NCBI GenBank assembly: GCA_036743655.1
Contig: DAINPB010000004.1
Location: forward strand, 15,788 to 79,787
DNA from: Candidatus Saccharimonadota bacterium
GTDB lineage: Bacteria > Patescibacteriota > Saccharimonadia > Saccharimonadales > UBA4665
Length of the DNA stretch: 64,000 nucleotides
Direction: 5' to 3'
Below are positions 53,418 to 62,936 of this stretch, in pieces. The stretch's first letter is position 1; each line of letters begins with the position of its first letter. Below the pieces are notes generated by a model, which was not told where the DNA came from, searched no databases, and was given only the letters and a program-made list of their open reading frames with translations. The translations under genes and the position numbers were made by a program.

Positions 53418-54911
53418 ATGAAAAAGCATACAAGCATTGTGGTGCGGGTGGTCGGCGGTTACCGCTTCAATCCCTTCAATCGTTTGGCCGTCATAGCGCT
53501 GGCAACAAACGCATTATATCTCGTCTGGTTAGCCTTGAATGTGCATGGAAGTCTCGGTGTTTTATTCTTCTTCTTGGAGTGTTTAGTATCTCTAGTCTTG
53601 GTCGTCTTTACCTTCAATCATTGGACTAGAAGTTATCAATTATTGGGCGGTGACTATTCTATGCGCGCCTCGGTCGACGTGTTCATACCGACTGTCGACG
53701 AGCCACTGAGCATGCTCAGAAAAACCGTCGAAGCAGCCGTCAACATCGACTATGCACGCAAAACCGTGTATGTACTTGATGACGGTGCACGTGAGTCAGT
53801 ACGCAAACTTGCCGAAGCATACGGCTGCACATATCTAGCGCGTACTAAGACGCCTGACAAAAAATACAAGGCCGCCAACCTCAACCACGCCCTAGAACAT
53901 TCAAACGGTGACTTCGTTCTGACAATTGATGCCGATAATATTGTGGCGCCGACTATTCTGGATGATCTGATGGGGCATTTCAGTAATGACAAAATTGCCA
54001 TTGTCGCATCACGCCAAGTTTTCACGGTCGAGAAAGATGACTTCAACCACGACCACCTATTCTACCTCTATATGCAGAGTGGCAAAAACAGCGACGGCGC
54101 TGCTATTAGTTGCGGGTCGGGTGTTGTCTATCGGCGGGCGGCACTGAATGATATCGGCGGCTTCAGTGAGTGGAACCTCGTCGAGGATTTGCACACCACC
54201 TACGTCATGAACAGTCGCGGCTATCGCTCGGTCTATGTTTCGCAAGCCTATGTTCGGGGGCATGCGCCGACTGACGTGAGTATGATTTACAAGCAGCGCG
54301 GCACCTGGGCGCTCGACACGCTCCGCATTTTCTTCTGGCAGCATCCATTGCTACGCAAAGGCCTAAGTTTCCGGCAACGGCTACACTATTTCGAAATGGG
54401 CTACTGCTATCTTGTCAGCGGCATTATTCTGCCGGCGATTTATATCATCAACTTCTACGTACTATTTAGCGCAGCGCCAATGCTTTCGGGAGGCTGGTGG
54501 TATGTGGCGTTTCGATTGCCGGCTTTGATTGGTATGTTGGCGTTTTTCGGACGTTTCAGCCAAGGGCAGTTGACGTCACGAGTGTGGTTTGGTCTGTTTC
54601 CGGTCTATGCCAGGGCCACGGTATTGGCGCTGCTCCACCGGCGCACCAAGCCGGTTTACCGCGTGACGAGTAAGATCGATACTGGCCGCCGGGAGGTGCA
54701 TTTATTAATTCCGCAAATGACGTTCATGGTGATTGGCTACAGCAGCCTGGTCTTTCATCTCGCACACTATGGCGCCACTAGAATGTTCTGGTTCGGCTCG
54801 TTCTGGACAGTGCTCATGAGTTACTGGCTGTGGCCAATTGTCAAAATGGGTTTTGCGCCCAAAACTCCTAAGCCCGAATTCGCTGCCGAGCCCCAAATTG
54901 TCACAGGTTAG
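53418..54911 (+). CDS. membrane-embedded GT2 processive glycosyltransferase (cellulose-synthase-like)
   Basis: D, D, D, Q(R)xxW pattern: VLDDGARE, TIDADN, EDL and QRGTWALD. TM helices lie before and after the catalytic domain. No PilZ domain recognised. ATG at 53418 preferred to the GTG at 53376. Confidence 0.7.
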   Translation: MKKHTSIVVRVVGGYRFNPFNRLAVIALATNALYLVWLALNVHGSLGVLFFFLECLVSLVLVVFTFNHWTRSYQLLGGDYSMRASVDVFIPTVDEPLSMLRKTVEAAVNIDYARKTVYVLDDGARESVRKLAEAYGCTYLARTKTPDKKYKAANLNHALEHSNGDFVLTIDADNIVAPTILDDLMGHFSNDKIAIVASRQVFTVEKDDFNHDHLFYLYMQSGKNSDGAAISCGSGVVYRRAALNDIGGFSEWNLVEDLHTTYVMNSRGYRSVYVSQAYVRGHAPTDVSMIYKQRGTWALDTLRIFFWQHPLLRKGLSFRQRLHYFEMGYCYLVSGIILPAIYIINFYVLFSAAPMLSGGWWYVAFRLPALIGMLAFFGRFSQGQLTSRVWFGLFPVYARATVLALLHRRTKPVYRVTSKIDTGRREVHLLIPQMTFMVIGYSSLVFHLAHYGATRMFWFGSFWTVLMSYWLWPIVKMGFAPKTPKPEFAAEPQIVTG

Positions 54912-55039
54912 CCCCCATTAACCTAGCGACTTCTTAATAAGCATTTAATATTTGTATAGTATTCTGCGAGCAGCCCAGCTTACATGAATGATCAGACAAA
55001 GCTCTACGTTCGCACCTGCGGGCCCTAAAGTGGGATGGT

Positions 55040-56206
55040 ATGCAAGATTTATTAGAGAATAAAACACCTGCGGTGGGAGCCGAAAACATCTGTGGTCACA
55101 GTCTCGACGAAGAAACAGCAACGGCAGTCTTACAATCAGCCGGCCATGGCCTGATAGTATCAATCGGTACCGATCGAGGCGGTCGAATAACGTACGTCAA
55201 CGAAGCCTTTGAAGCAATGACTGGCTGGAAGGCCAGCGAGGTACTGGGCAAAGACCTGGTTGAGGCCATGCCGCGACAGGGCAGAAACGGCGAACCCGTG
55301 CCCTACGAAGACCAGATTATGACCAGCATCCTCGACGGGGAAAAGGTTGTAGCCGATTTGTACGACCCTTTTTACTTCGTACGCCGCGATAAAACCAAAT
55401 TCCCGGTTGCCAGCATCATAAGCCCGTTGCGACTAGATAATCAGATAATCGGCACCGTGGAAACATTCAGAGATATCACCAAAGAAAGTGCAGCCGACAA
55501 AGTCAAAACCGAGTTTGCATCTCTGGTATCTCATCAACTCCGCACGCCATTCTCCACCATCAACTGGTACATCGAACTGCTGCTCTCCGGTGATGCCGGC
55601 AAACTGAGTCCTAAGCAAACGGACTACCTCAACGAAGTCTACCAAGCCAGCAAACGAATGGTCGATCTGGATAATTTACTCTTGAATAGCTCGAGGATCG
55701 AGATGGGGCTGTCCACCGGTGATACTGAGCAAGTTAATATTGTCTCCTTGGCCGAGGTTATATTAAAGGAGCGCAGGCTGGAGAGCCGCCAAAAGAAACT
55801 CACCATTCGTAAGAAATTTGACAAAAACATCCCCCTAATCCGAGCAGACTCTAAGCAGCTCTTCATGATCTTCCAAAACTTACTTTCCAACGCCATCAAG
55901 TACACGCCTCAAGGTGGAAAAATAACCCTGGGCATAGCCTGCAAAAAAAGCATTGTATCGATCACTGTCGCCGACACCGGTATTGGCATTCCAGAAGGCG
56001 ATCAGTCGAAGATTTTTAGCAGATTCTTCAGAGCCGAAAACGCTAAAGCTGAGCAACAGGAAGGCGTTGGAGGGCTCGGGCTCTACATCCTAAAAGCCAT
56101 TGTCGACCAAATGGATGGCAAGATCTGGTTTGAATCGCAGGAGCATCGAGGTACGACCTTTCACATAACGTTTCCCCTAAAGCCGAAGGATGCAGTACAT
56201 GCCTGA
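55040..56206 (+). CDS. PAS sensor histidine kinase
   Basis: PAS region. H-box SHQLRTPF. N/G boxes NAIKYT, DTGIGI and GGLGLYI. Confidence 0.9.
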   Translation: MQDLLENKTPAVGAENICGHSLDEETATAVLQSAGHGLIVSIGTDRGGRITYVNEAFEAMTGWKASEVLGKDLVEAMPRQGRNGEPVPYEDQIMTSILDGEKVVADLYDPFYFVRRDKTKFPVASIISPLRLDNQIIGTVETFRDITKESAADKVKTEFASLVSHQLRTPFSTINWYIELLLSGDAGKLSPKQTDYLNEVYQASKRMVDLDNLLLNSSRIEMGLSTGDTEQVNIVSLAEVILKERRLESRQKKLTIRKKFDKNIPLIRADSKQLFMIFQNLLSNAIKYTPQGGKITLGIACKKSIVSITVADTGIGIPEGDQSKIFSRFFRAENAKAEQQEGVGGLGLYILKAIVDQMDGKIWFESQEHRGTTFHITFPLKPKDAVHA

Positions 56207-56600
56207 CACCAAGCGGCATTTTACCCTGTTATTGATAGAGGACGAGGGGCCACTTCGGGCGATCATCAAGTCTAAGCTAGAAACAGAGGGCTTCACGGTA
56301 GCAACCGCCAGAACCGCCCAACAAGCTCTGGACTATCTGCGAGAAAAGATCAAAGTGGACGGAATTTGGCTTGATCACTACTTGTCCAACGAAGAAAGTG
56401 GCCTGGACTTTGTCGTGAAGCTAAAAAAAGAGCCGCGATGGAAGAACTTACCAGTATTCGTCGTCTCGAATACGGCATCGCAGGAGACCCTTGAAGCCTA
56501 CACCAACCTAAAAGTCCGAAAACGCTACAACAAAGTAGACTATAGGCTCGATCGCATTGTCAAAGATATCAAAAAAACGCTGACGGACGGAGCATCATGA
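56190..56600 (+). CDS. stand-alone receiver-domain protein (divergent)
   Basis: LLIEDE...IWLDHYL...VVSN. Overlaps the kinase gene by 17 nt. Confidence 0.7.
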   Translation: MQYMPDTKRHFTLLLIEDEGPLRAIIKSKLETEGFTVATARTAQQALDYLREKIKVDGIWLDHYLSNEESGLDFVVKLKKEPRWKNLPVFVVSNTASQETLEAYTNLKVRKRYNKVDYRLDRIVKDIKKTLTDGAS

Positions 56601-56974
56601 ATACCGCCAAAAGAATACTTATTATCGAAGATGAGATACCGCTGTTGAACATACTGAGCAGTAAGCTCCTGCACGAAGGTTTCGTTGTTCTGGAAGCCCA
56701 AAACGGCAAAGACGGGTTGGCAATGGCGCTCTCTAAGCATCCGGATCTTATTTTGCTCGATATTGTCTTGCCAATCATGGATGGGGTCACTATGCTCAAG
56801 CAGTTGCATACTGACTCGTGGGGGAAGCGCGCCAAGGTCATCATGCTAACCAATTTGAGCGATAATCAAAGCGTCGTGCAAGCCCTAGCCCTTGGCTCTC
56901 ACGATTTCCTAGTGAAGTCTGATTGGAAGATTGAAGATATTGTGAGAGTAATCCATGATGAATTGAAGACGTAA
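56597..56974 (+). CDS. stand-alone response-regulator receiver protein
   Basis: LIIEDE...ILLDIVLPIMDG...LTNL...VKS. 4-nt overlap with the previous gene. Confidence 0.85.
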   Translation: MNTAKRILIIEDEIPLLNILSSKLLHEGFVVLEAQNGKDGLAMALSKHPDLILLDIVLPIMDGVTMLKQLHTDSWGKRAKVIMLTNLSDNQSVVQALALGSHDFLVKSDWKIEDIVRVIHDELKT

Positions 56975-57116
56975 TCTTTATGCGCCCGGCAACTCCTGGC
57001 TGTCGACCAGTAGGCTGGCTCAACAGCTCAGGAACACCTCGGATGACAAAAGACGTCAGCACCGCAACATTGCTACTCTGGGAGTATAAGCCTATAGTTA
57101 GATTAGGAGCCGCACC

Positions 57117-57761
57117 ATGCCTTCGGTCACAGATAAAGTAGATCGATACTTTTCCAAATATCCCAAGCGTATCTATCCTAAGGGGCAGATCCTGGTTTTT
57201 GCCGACGAGAACCCCGATAACATTTTCTACATAGTCCGTGGTCAGGTTCGCAAGTACGATGTCACCTATAGAGGCGATGAGGTTATTGTAAATATTTTCA
57301 AGCCCCCGGCTTTCTTTCCCATGTCATGGGCGATCAACCATACGCCGAACCGCTATTTTTACAAGACGGAGACCGAGACGGAAATCCATGCCGTTCCAAC
57401 TAATGATGCTCTGGAGTTCCTAAAAGCCAATCCGGATGTCATGCTGGACTTGCTTAGCCGTATTTACAGAGGTATGGACGGCTTACTCGGTCGGGTGGTT
57501 CACCTTATGTCCGGGACTGCCAGAAGTCGACTTATCTACGAGTTAATTATCGAGTGCCGACGTTTTGGCGCAGCAAGTGGCAATAAATATACGCTCAGCA
57601 TTACCGAAACCGACCTTGCGGCCCGTTCGGGCCTGTCAAGAGAAACCATCAGTCGAGAAATGCGCAAGCTGAAAGACCGCGGCTGGATTATCATAGCCAG
57701 TAAGTCAATCACGATTACCGATATTTCAGCTCTGGAAAAAGCCCTTGGTGGTGAGCTTTAA
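57117..57761 (+). CDS. Crp/Fnr family transcriptional regulator
   Basis: N-terminal cNMP-binding-like beta-roll and a C-terminal HTH (LSRETISREMRKLKDRGWI). Confidence 0.85.
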   Translation: MPSVTDKVDRYFSKYPKRIYPKGQILVFADENPDNIFYIVRGQVRKYDVTYRGDEVIVNIFKPPAFFPMSWAINHTPNRYFYKTETETEIHAVPTNDALEFLKANPDVMLDLLSRIYRGMDGLLGRVVHLMSGTARSRLIYELIIECRRFGAASGNKYTLSITETDLAARSGLSRETISREMRKLKDRGWIIIASKSITITDISALEKALGGEL

Positions 57762-58294
57762 TCTTGCTGCCCTAGATCAAACGACTCAATCGACTCAAAC
57801 AATTCCTCGTAATCGCCATGGCCGGGTCGAGCGTACACAGCCATCCGAATCAGTACCGGGTCAATTCTGAAGGCTACGAAATCGCCCGCTTCCAGTTTGG
57901 AACTCGGGGGCAAGCCGCCGTCGCTTGTTTTGAGACTCGTCGCTAGCGTAGCGCCCGCTACTTTGTTGATTTCATCGCTGCCTGTCAGCTCAACGGCTTT
58001 TCCGGTAATCTGAACCGTAGTTTGGGTCTTTAGATCAAATACAGTGAGCATGACATGGTTGCGGTGCTTCAAGTTATCATACTTGTGCGTCTGGGATCGA
58101 GTCAGAAACGTGGCCTTGAAGTTCTTGTCAATATCGTAGTAAATCACTACGCCGTGGGGGTCGCCATCAGGGGTAACCGTCGATAATACCCCGACACGTT
58201 GCTCACGCAGGAAACTATATATTCGCTGCTGACGGTCGGAGAACTTCGGCTCCGAAGTAGCGCTATGTTTTCTGTGTGTAATGCGCCTGAGCAT
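57758..58294 (-). CDS. pyridoxamine 5'-phosphate oxidase-like (FMN-binding split barrel) protein
   Basis: VGVLSTVTPDGDPHGVVIYY pattern typical of the PNPOx-like fold. Confidence 0.65.
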   Translation of the reverse strand: MLRRITHRKHSATSEPKFSDRQQRIYSFLREQRVGVLSTVTPDGDPHGVVIYYDIDKNFKATFLTRSQTHKYDNLKHRNHVMLTVFDLKTQTTVQITGKAVELTGSDEINKVAGATLATSLKTSDGGLPPSSKLEAGDFVAFRIDPVLIRMAVYARPGHGDYEELFESIESFDLGQQD

Positions 58295-58437
58295 GCTGTA
58301 ATTCTCCTTATTCTACTACTGTTAGTTTGAGCTTTTTACTGATGAAAATCTATCGGCTTTATCACAGCCGCTGTGTGACTTGAATCAATGCTCACCCATT
58401 TAACAATGATTTAACATATTAAATGTTGGGAGTGTCA

Positions 58438-58956
58438 ATGCCGCGCAAAGTGACAGGTAATGCTGCACACAACACCAAAGCCGACTCGCCGAGCTACAAA
58501 AGGGTGGCCTACGATGTTATTAGACGCAATCGAGCAGCTGCTCTAGCCACTGTCGACGCACACGGCATCCCCCATGTGGCTACGGTGTACTGTTTGGCTA
58601 AGCGAGGTTTTACTGTTTATTTTGTAACCCGGGTTGAGGCTCGAAAGTACCACAACATCTTGTTCCAGCCAATCGTGGCCATGACCTTTACGAATGAAGG
58701 CAAGCTGGAATCAGTACAGCTTACGGGACGAGCTGAACGGGTCGAGTCACTCCAAGATGAGCAGGCTATTTTATATGAACTCATGTCGCTCCGGCACGAG
58801 GGACAGGATTGGCCATTGCCGCCGATCAAACAATACGAGCGTGGCGCTGCAAGCGAGTTAGCCGTCATCAAGGTAATCCCTACTGAGTTAACGTACGCCA
58901 ACTTCACTCCCGCTGCCGCGGGCAAGTATCAGCCGTTCTTCCATCAAGTTATTTAG
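58438..58956 (+). CDS. pyridoxamine 5'-phosphate oxidase-like protein
   Basis: AALATVDAHGIPHVATVY. The ATG at 58438 has a GGGAG SD. The ORF track starts at 58423. Confidence 0.65.
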   Translation: MPRKVTGNAAHNTKADSPSYKRVAYDVIRRNRAAALATVDAHGIPHVATVYCLAKRGFTVYFVTRVEARKYHNILFQPIVAMTFTNEGKLESVQLTGRAERVESLQDEQAILYELMSLRHEGQDWPLPPIKQYERGAASELAVIKVIPTELTYANFTPAAAGKYQPFFHQVI

Positions 58957-59068
58957 CGCTATCTGAGTGCACTCAACGTATTCGCGAGTCCGAGCCTGGC
59001 GTCGATTGGCTTAATTTTACGCCTGGTGAGACTTGTATTTATTATGTTTTTTATGTATAGTTAGCTTA

Positions 59069-59284
59069 ATGGAACAAGGAAAAATGCACGAAGACCACTA
59101 TACTGAGCGCCTTTTAGCCATTGACGACACCGTCAAAGGTGCACTTGTCACCGTGGGTGCGTTTGCGTTACAGGCAATTTTTAAGCTCCCTCCTGCATTT
59201 GAGGCTGGTGATTTGGCTGTTGTCGGTGGCGGCGCCTTGTACACAGCGATACATGGACATACTGTATGGTCGTACAGTCGCTAG
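59069..59284 (+). CDS. small hydrophobic protein (71 aa)
   Basis: Internal ATG of ORF-track entry 59033..59284. Low information. Confidence 0.3.
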   Translation: MEQGKMHEDHYTERLLAIDDTVKGALVTVGAFALQAIFKLPPAFEAGDLAVVGGGALYTAIHGHTVWSYSR

Positions 59285-59841
59285 AGCAAGCTAAGTCCGA
59301 GACCGTCTCGGAAGTTGACCTAACGGTCAACACCATAACAGAGCCGCTTGATTCGTATCGGGTTGGTGAAGGCTACTTCGCAGTCGCCGAATATAGCCGC
59401 GAGCGGCCCTACATTATTACCTATGGACTGAGCGTTTGTAAGGGTATCGTCATGTATGACCCCGACAAGAAGCGCGGCTTAGTGGCGCATCTAGCTTGGG
59501 CTGAAGATGCCGAAACCTCTTTGAGCGGCATAGTTGACAGCTACGAAGACAGCTTGCAGTCTTCTGATGTGCTTACAGTACAGACATCTACTGAGGGTAA
59601 TCCGGAGTATTGGCCAACGCTAGAATCAGTTACAGAGCTCTTGCTTCGTCATAATCCGCGCAGCCTAGCAATCGACAAGAATACGCAGGGCACATGGGTC
59701 AGGGGTATCGCGCTCCATCTAGGAAATGGCCAAGTTAGCGAGATTGACCCCACCAAAGCCTGGCGCTGGAGCAAAGAGCAAGACACATCACGCAATCTGT
59801 GGATACCCGCAGCCGGTACCCCCTTTAGTCCTTGTGCTTGA
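59266..59841 (+). CDS. CheD-like (Cys-His deamidase fold) protein, second copy
   Basis: YGLSVCKGIVMYDPDKKRGLVAHLAW parallels the motif in the gene at 37787. Tentative call. Confidence 0.4.
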   Translation: MVVQSLEQAKSETVSEVDLTVNTITEPLDSYRVGEGYFAVAEYSRERPYIITYGLSVCKGIVMYDPDKKRGLVAHLAWAEDAETSLSGIVDSYEDSLQSSDVLTVQTSTEGNPEYWPTLESVTELLLRHNPRSLAIDKNTQGTWVRGIALHLGNGQVSEIDPTKAWRWSKEQDTSRNLWIPAAGTPFSPCA

Positions 59842-59983
59842 GTAAACGTGCTAAATGATTCACTATTATAGAGACGGGTATGGTCGTTCGGGTAGTAGGC
59901 GACTGGCTGTGAGCCGGTAGGCTTGGGCTACACCACGCGATTAGTCAAAAGTTTTAAGTTGGTATTCAGTAAAGGAGATCCCC

Positions 59984-60385
59984 ATGAGTAGATTAAAGTC
60001 AGCATCTCGAGAACGCAAACGAGATCAAGCTAATTACGGTATTCTGACGTTGGCAGCCACCGGTGTCGCGCTTGCCTACAGGGCAGGGGCACGTCGCCGC
60101 GAAGAGAGGCAAGAAGCGCTTAATCACATGCCGACCGAAGCTCAAGTTAGGCGTGGCACCATAGCATTAGTGCCTTTTGTGCAGGAGTGGAAGCTGCCGC
60201 TTAACCCAGAGAGTTTAGACTTTATGGCCTTCGTAGTGCTGCAACATGCCGGTGCACCGGGTAACATTGACACCGTGACCGAACAAGAGCATGACAATAT
60301 TGATGACAGCGTTCGTAGTATGATAATGCAAGACGCTCGGGCCCAGCGCCGCATGTCTGAGACGCAAGAACGTTCAGCTGCGTAA
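59984..60385 (+). CDS. hypothetical protein (133 aa)
   Basis: ORF track. SD AAGGAG. Confidence 0.45.
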   Translation: MSRLKSASRERKRDQANYGILTLAATGVALAYRAGARRREERQEALNHMPTEAQVRRGTIALVPFVQEWKLPLNPESLDFMAFVVLQHAGAPGNIDTVTEQEHDNIDDSVRSMIMQDARAQRRMSETQERSAA

Positions 60386-60407
60386 TAGCCCATAACACTC
60401 ACTTAGG

Positions 60408-61478
60408 CTAGACAGACCCCGCAGCTGCTATACGAGTGAGCGCGTCACTCGTACTGACCATACTAGACTCGAGTACATTGTCGGCATCATCCATTTGGCG
60501 TGCCAACCCCAAACGCACAATCCTGAGTATCATAGCCTCATAGTCTATGCCGCTGTTCAGCATACAGGCTTTTGGAAATGAGCCGTAACCACTGATCAAA
60601 CTAGGGATAAGATTTGCTTCCAGGAACTGTGGAACGCCAGCAGCGTCTAGGCGAATATCTATTCGTCCATAGTCGCGCGCGCCAAGTGCCCTGAAGGCTT
60701 TGGCGGCGAGTGTAATAATCTGGCTCTTGAGTATAGGGTCGGTCACAGGGGCGACCTCTTCGGTGTTTGACGACTTCAGATTGCCGCTCAACACACGCAT
60801 ACCGTGTTGATCGGGTGGGGCAATCAGCTCTATTGGCAAGACTGCTAGATCGGGCGAAAACTCGTTCTTGAGCAAGGCCACGCTGAATTCGCGTCCTGGT
60901 AAATACTCTTCAATAAGTGAGTCTGAGTGCAGTTCATCGGCAATTGATCGAACTTTTACGCGCAGTTGATCAAAGTTATGAACAAGGGAACCGTCATCAA
61001 TACCGAGACCGCCGCCACGATCGGTCGGCTTGACGAACAGCGGGAAGGCAAGCGGCAACGTATCTTTAATCTGCTGCTGGCTCTGAGCGATAACGCAAAA
61101 ATTCGGCGTCTTCAAGCGAGCATCCAGAACGCGCTGCTTGGCCAAGGGCTTAATAAGTTCGAGCTGATGGGCCCTTTGGCCTGAGCCCGTGTAGGCAATG
61201 CCGTGCTCATCAAGATAGTCAGCCAACCATATAGCCGGCGGGCTCTGAGGGTTTGTAGCCCCAGCATCGGGTACGAATTTCATACCCAAGAAAACCAGGT
61301 CTGGCTGACAGGCAACCAAGGCCTCAAGATCGTGCACTGTGTTGACAATAGTCACCCCGACCGTCGTGTAGTGCTGAGCCAGCACAGCCAAAAGCGCCTC
61401 ACATGATCGTTGACTCATGGAGCTCAGCCAGCTCTTAGTAGAGCGTGCAATTTCAATATGCTTATCGATTTTTGCCAC
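60408..61478 (-). CDS. ATP-grasp enzyme, D-alanine--D-alanine ligase-like
   Basis: The C-terminal half has ATP-grasp features (FPLFVKPTDRGGGLGI, IEEYLPGREFSV, GRIDIRLD...FLEANL). The N-terminus is atypical for Ddl. GTG start. Confidence 0.7.
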   Translation of the reverse strand: MAKIDKHIEIARSTKSWLSSMSQRSCEALLAVLAQHYTTVGVTIVNTVHDLEALVACQPDLVFLGMKFVPDAGATNPQSPPAIWLADYLDEHGIAYTGSGQRAHQLELIKPLAKQRVLDARLKTPNFCVIAQSQQQIKDTLPLAFPLFVKPTDRGGGLGIDDGSLVHNFDQLRVKVRSIADELHSDSLIEEYLPGREFSVALLKNEFSPDLAVLPIELIAPPDQHGMRVLSGNLKSSNTEEVAPVTDPILKSQIITLAAKAFRALGARDYGRIDIRLDAAGVPQFLEANLIPSLISGYGSFPKACMLNSGIDYEAMILRIVRLGLARQMDDADNVLESSMVSTSDALTRIAAAGSV

Positions 61479-61543
61479 GTGATAACACCGTTCAGAAGCC
61501 CGGATTCAACCGGGCTTCGGTTTAAAGATTTAGAGCGCGAATC

Positions 61544-61837
61544 CTAGTAGGATTTTCGGAAACCACCGCCACCACCAGAGCGTCGGTCTTCTTGAGGTCG
61601 AGCCTCGTTGACCATGATTGCACGGCCGCTAAGCTCTTTGCCGTTGAGTTCCTTGATGGCTTTCTGCGCATCTTTCTCATCAGCCATTTCGACGAAACCA
61701 AAGCCTTTGGACTGTCCGCTGTCTCGATCCTTGATAACTGCTACGCTGACGACCTGGCCTATTGCTGCAAACAGCTCTTCAAGTTCTTTTTCCGTCACAC
61801 TGTAAGCTAAGCCGCCTACATAAAGTTTCGTTGCCAT
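61544..61837 (-). CDS. RRM-type RNA-binding protein with a Gly-rich tail
   Basis: RNP-2 LYVGGL, RNP-1 KGFGFVEM, and a C-terminal RRSGGGGGFRKSY. Confidence 0.9.
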   Translation of the reverse strand: MATKLYVGGLAYSVTEKELEELFAAIGQVVSVAVIKDRDSGQSKGFGFVEMADEKDAQKAIKELNGKELSGRAIMVNEARPQEDRRSGGGGGFRKSY

Positions 61838-62192
61838 GTTGTTTGTCCTTCTTTATTAACTAATATCGCTCGCGTGTAACACTGTCTGACCGCGATGATA
61901 GTAAGTCTTTTGAAGAAACGAATTATAACAACGGAGAGGTTGGAGTAACCACTTGCGTACTGTTACTGTAACACACTTGTCACTAATTTCGTAATGCATG
62001 CCGGTTGTTTGCAAACTTTAGCATTCAAGACCTCGGCCAAAACAACCTTTATTAGGCCGAGGCGAGCCTATCTTCGTTATTGCTGACCAAAGATGCTCAT
62101 CAGCGAATACCAGCCCAACCGCTGCCAGTAACACCTGCAGCTATGTCGGCCGGTCGAGACAACAGCCCGAAGTCGTGCTCAACTACTCCTCT

Positions 62193-62693
62193 CTAAGTAA
62201 CGCTGTCGCTTCTCTTGGCAATAGGGCTATCAGCCTGCAAACACTTGGCCTCGATGTACTCAACAAAGTTAACCGCGTTCTTATGGTTCAAAGTCCGAAG
62301 GCTAAAATCCCCTAAACGCGTGTGCAGCGTCAGTGACCCCACCGGGCCGGTTCGGGTGTAGGTGACGCCGCCGACGATGGCAAAATTTAGCTCGTCGCAG
62401 TGCAGGAAGAGCGGCTTCTTATCAATAAACAGCACCCGTTGATCAGTGGCGACCAATGCGCCGCGTCCATCTTTGTAGCGACCGTAAACCGAGCCCATAA
62501 TATGCTCATCTTTGTGCAGGATAAACGGCAGGTAATGCGTTTCTGGCAGCCACATATTATAGAGCATGGCGCCTCGTTGGCGCAGCTCAGCCTTCACTCG
62601 CAGCAAAGCCTCTCGTGGTGGCGGGCCACGGTGACGAAAATGCTTGGTTTGAGCCGTTGTGCGCTTGGAAAAGTCATCTACTGATTGCGTCAT
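62193..62693 (-). CDS. bacterial PH-domain-like protein
   Basis: ALVATDQRVLFIDKKPLF...GSLTLHT resembles bPH_2/YdbT-type domains. Tentative call. Confidence 0.45.
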   Translation of the reverse strand: MTQSVDDFSKRTTAQTKHFRHRGPPPREALLRVKAELRQRGAMLYNMWLPETHYLPFILHKDEHIMGSVYGRYKDGRGALVATDQRVLFIDKKPLFLHCDELNFAIVGGVTYTRTGPVGSLTLHTRLGDFSLRTLNHKNAVNFVEYIEAKCLQADSPIAKRSDSVT

Positions 62694-62936
62694 AGCGTCC
62701 TCCTATACTCTATTTAAGCATAGTCTGACGCCTGGGCTGTCTGATATACCCTTGCGTAGGTGTGATTTGACGCACACCAGATGAGGGCAAATGCTTCCGC
62801 CCGCACGCTGTGCAATGTTCAGCTCTGCGAAATGACAGGTCCAGGGTACCGCAAAAGGTTTGTATGCTGCACGCGTCCACACGTCATTAAAAGTTCATGA
62901 AACGTTGATCATACGAATAAACAAGCAGCCAGTCTA

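Noticed and set aside
61838-62192. The 355-nt gap upstream of the RRM protein gene might be a conserved regulatory 5' UTR.
   Set aside because: I could not define a convincing promoter or structure by eye. An SD-led start is clear, but nothing more can be supported without comparative data.
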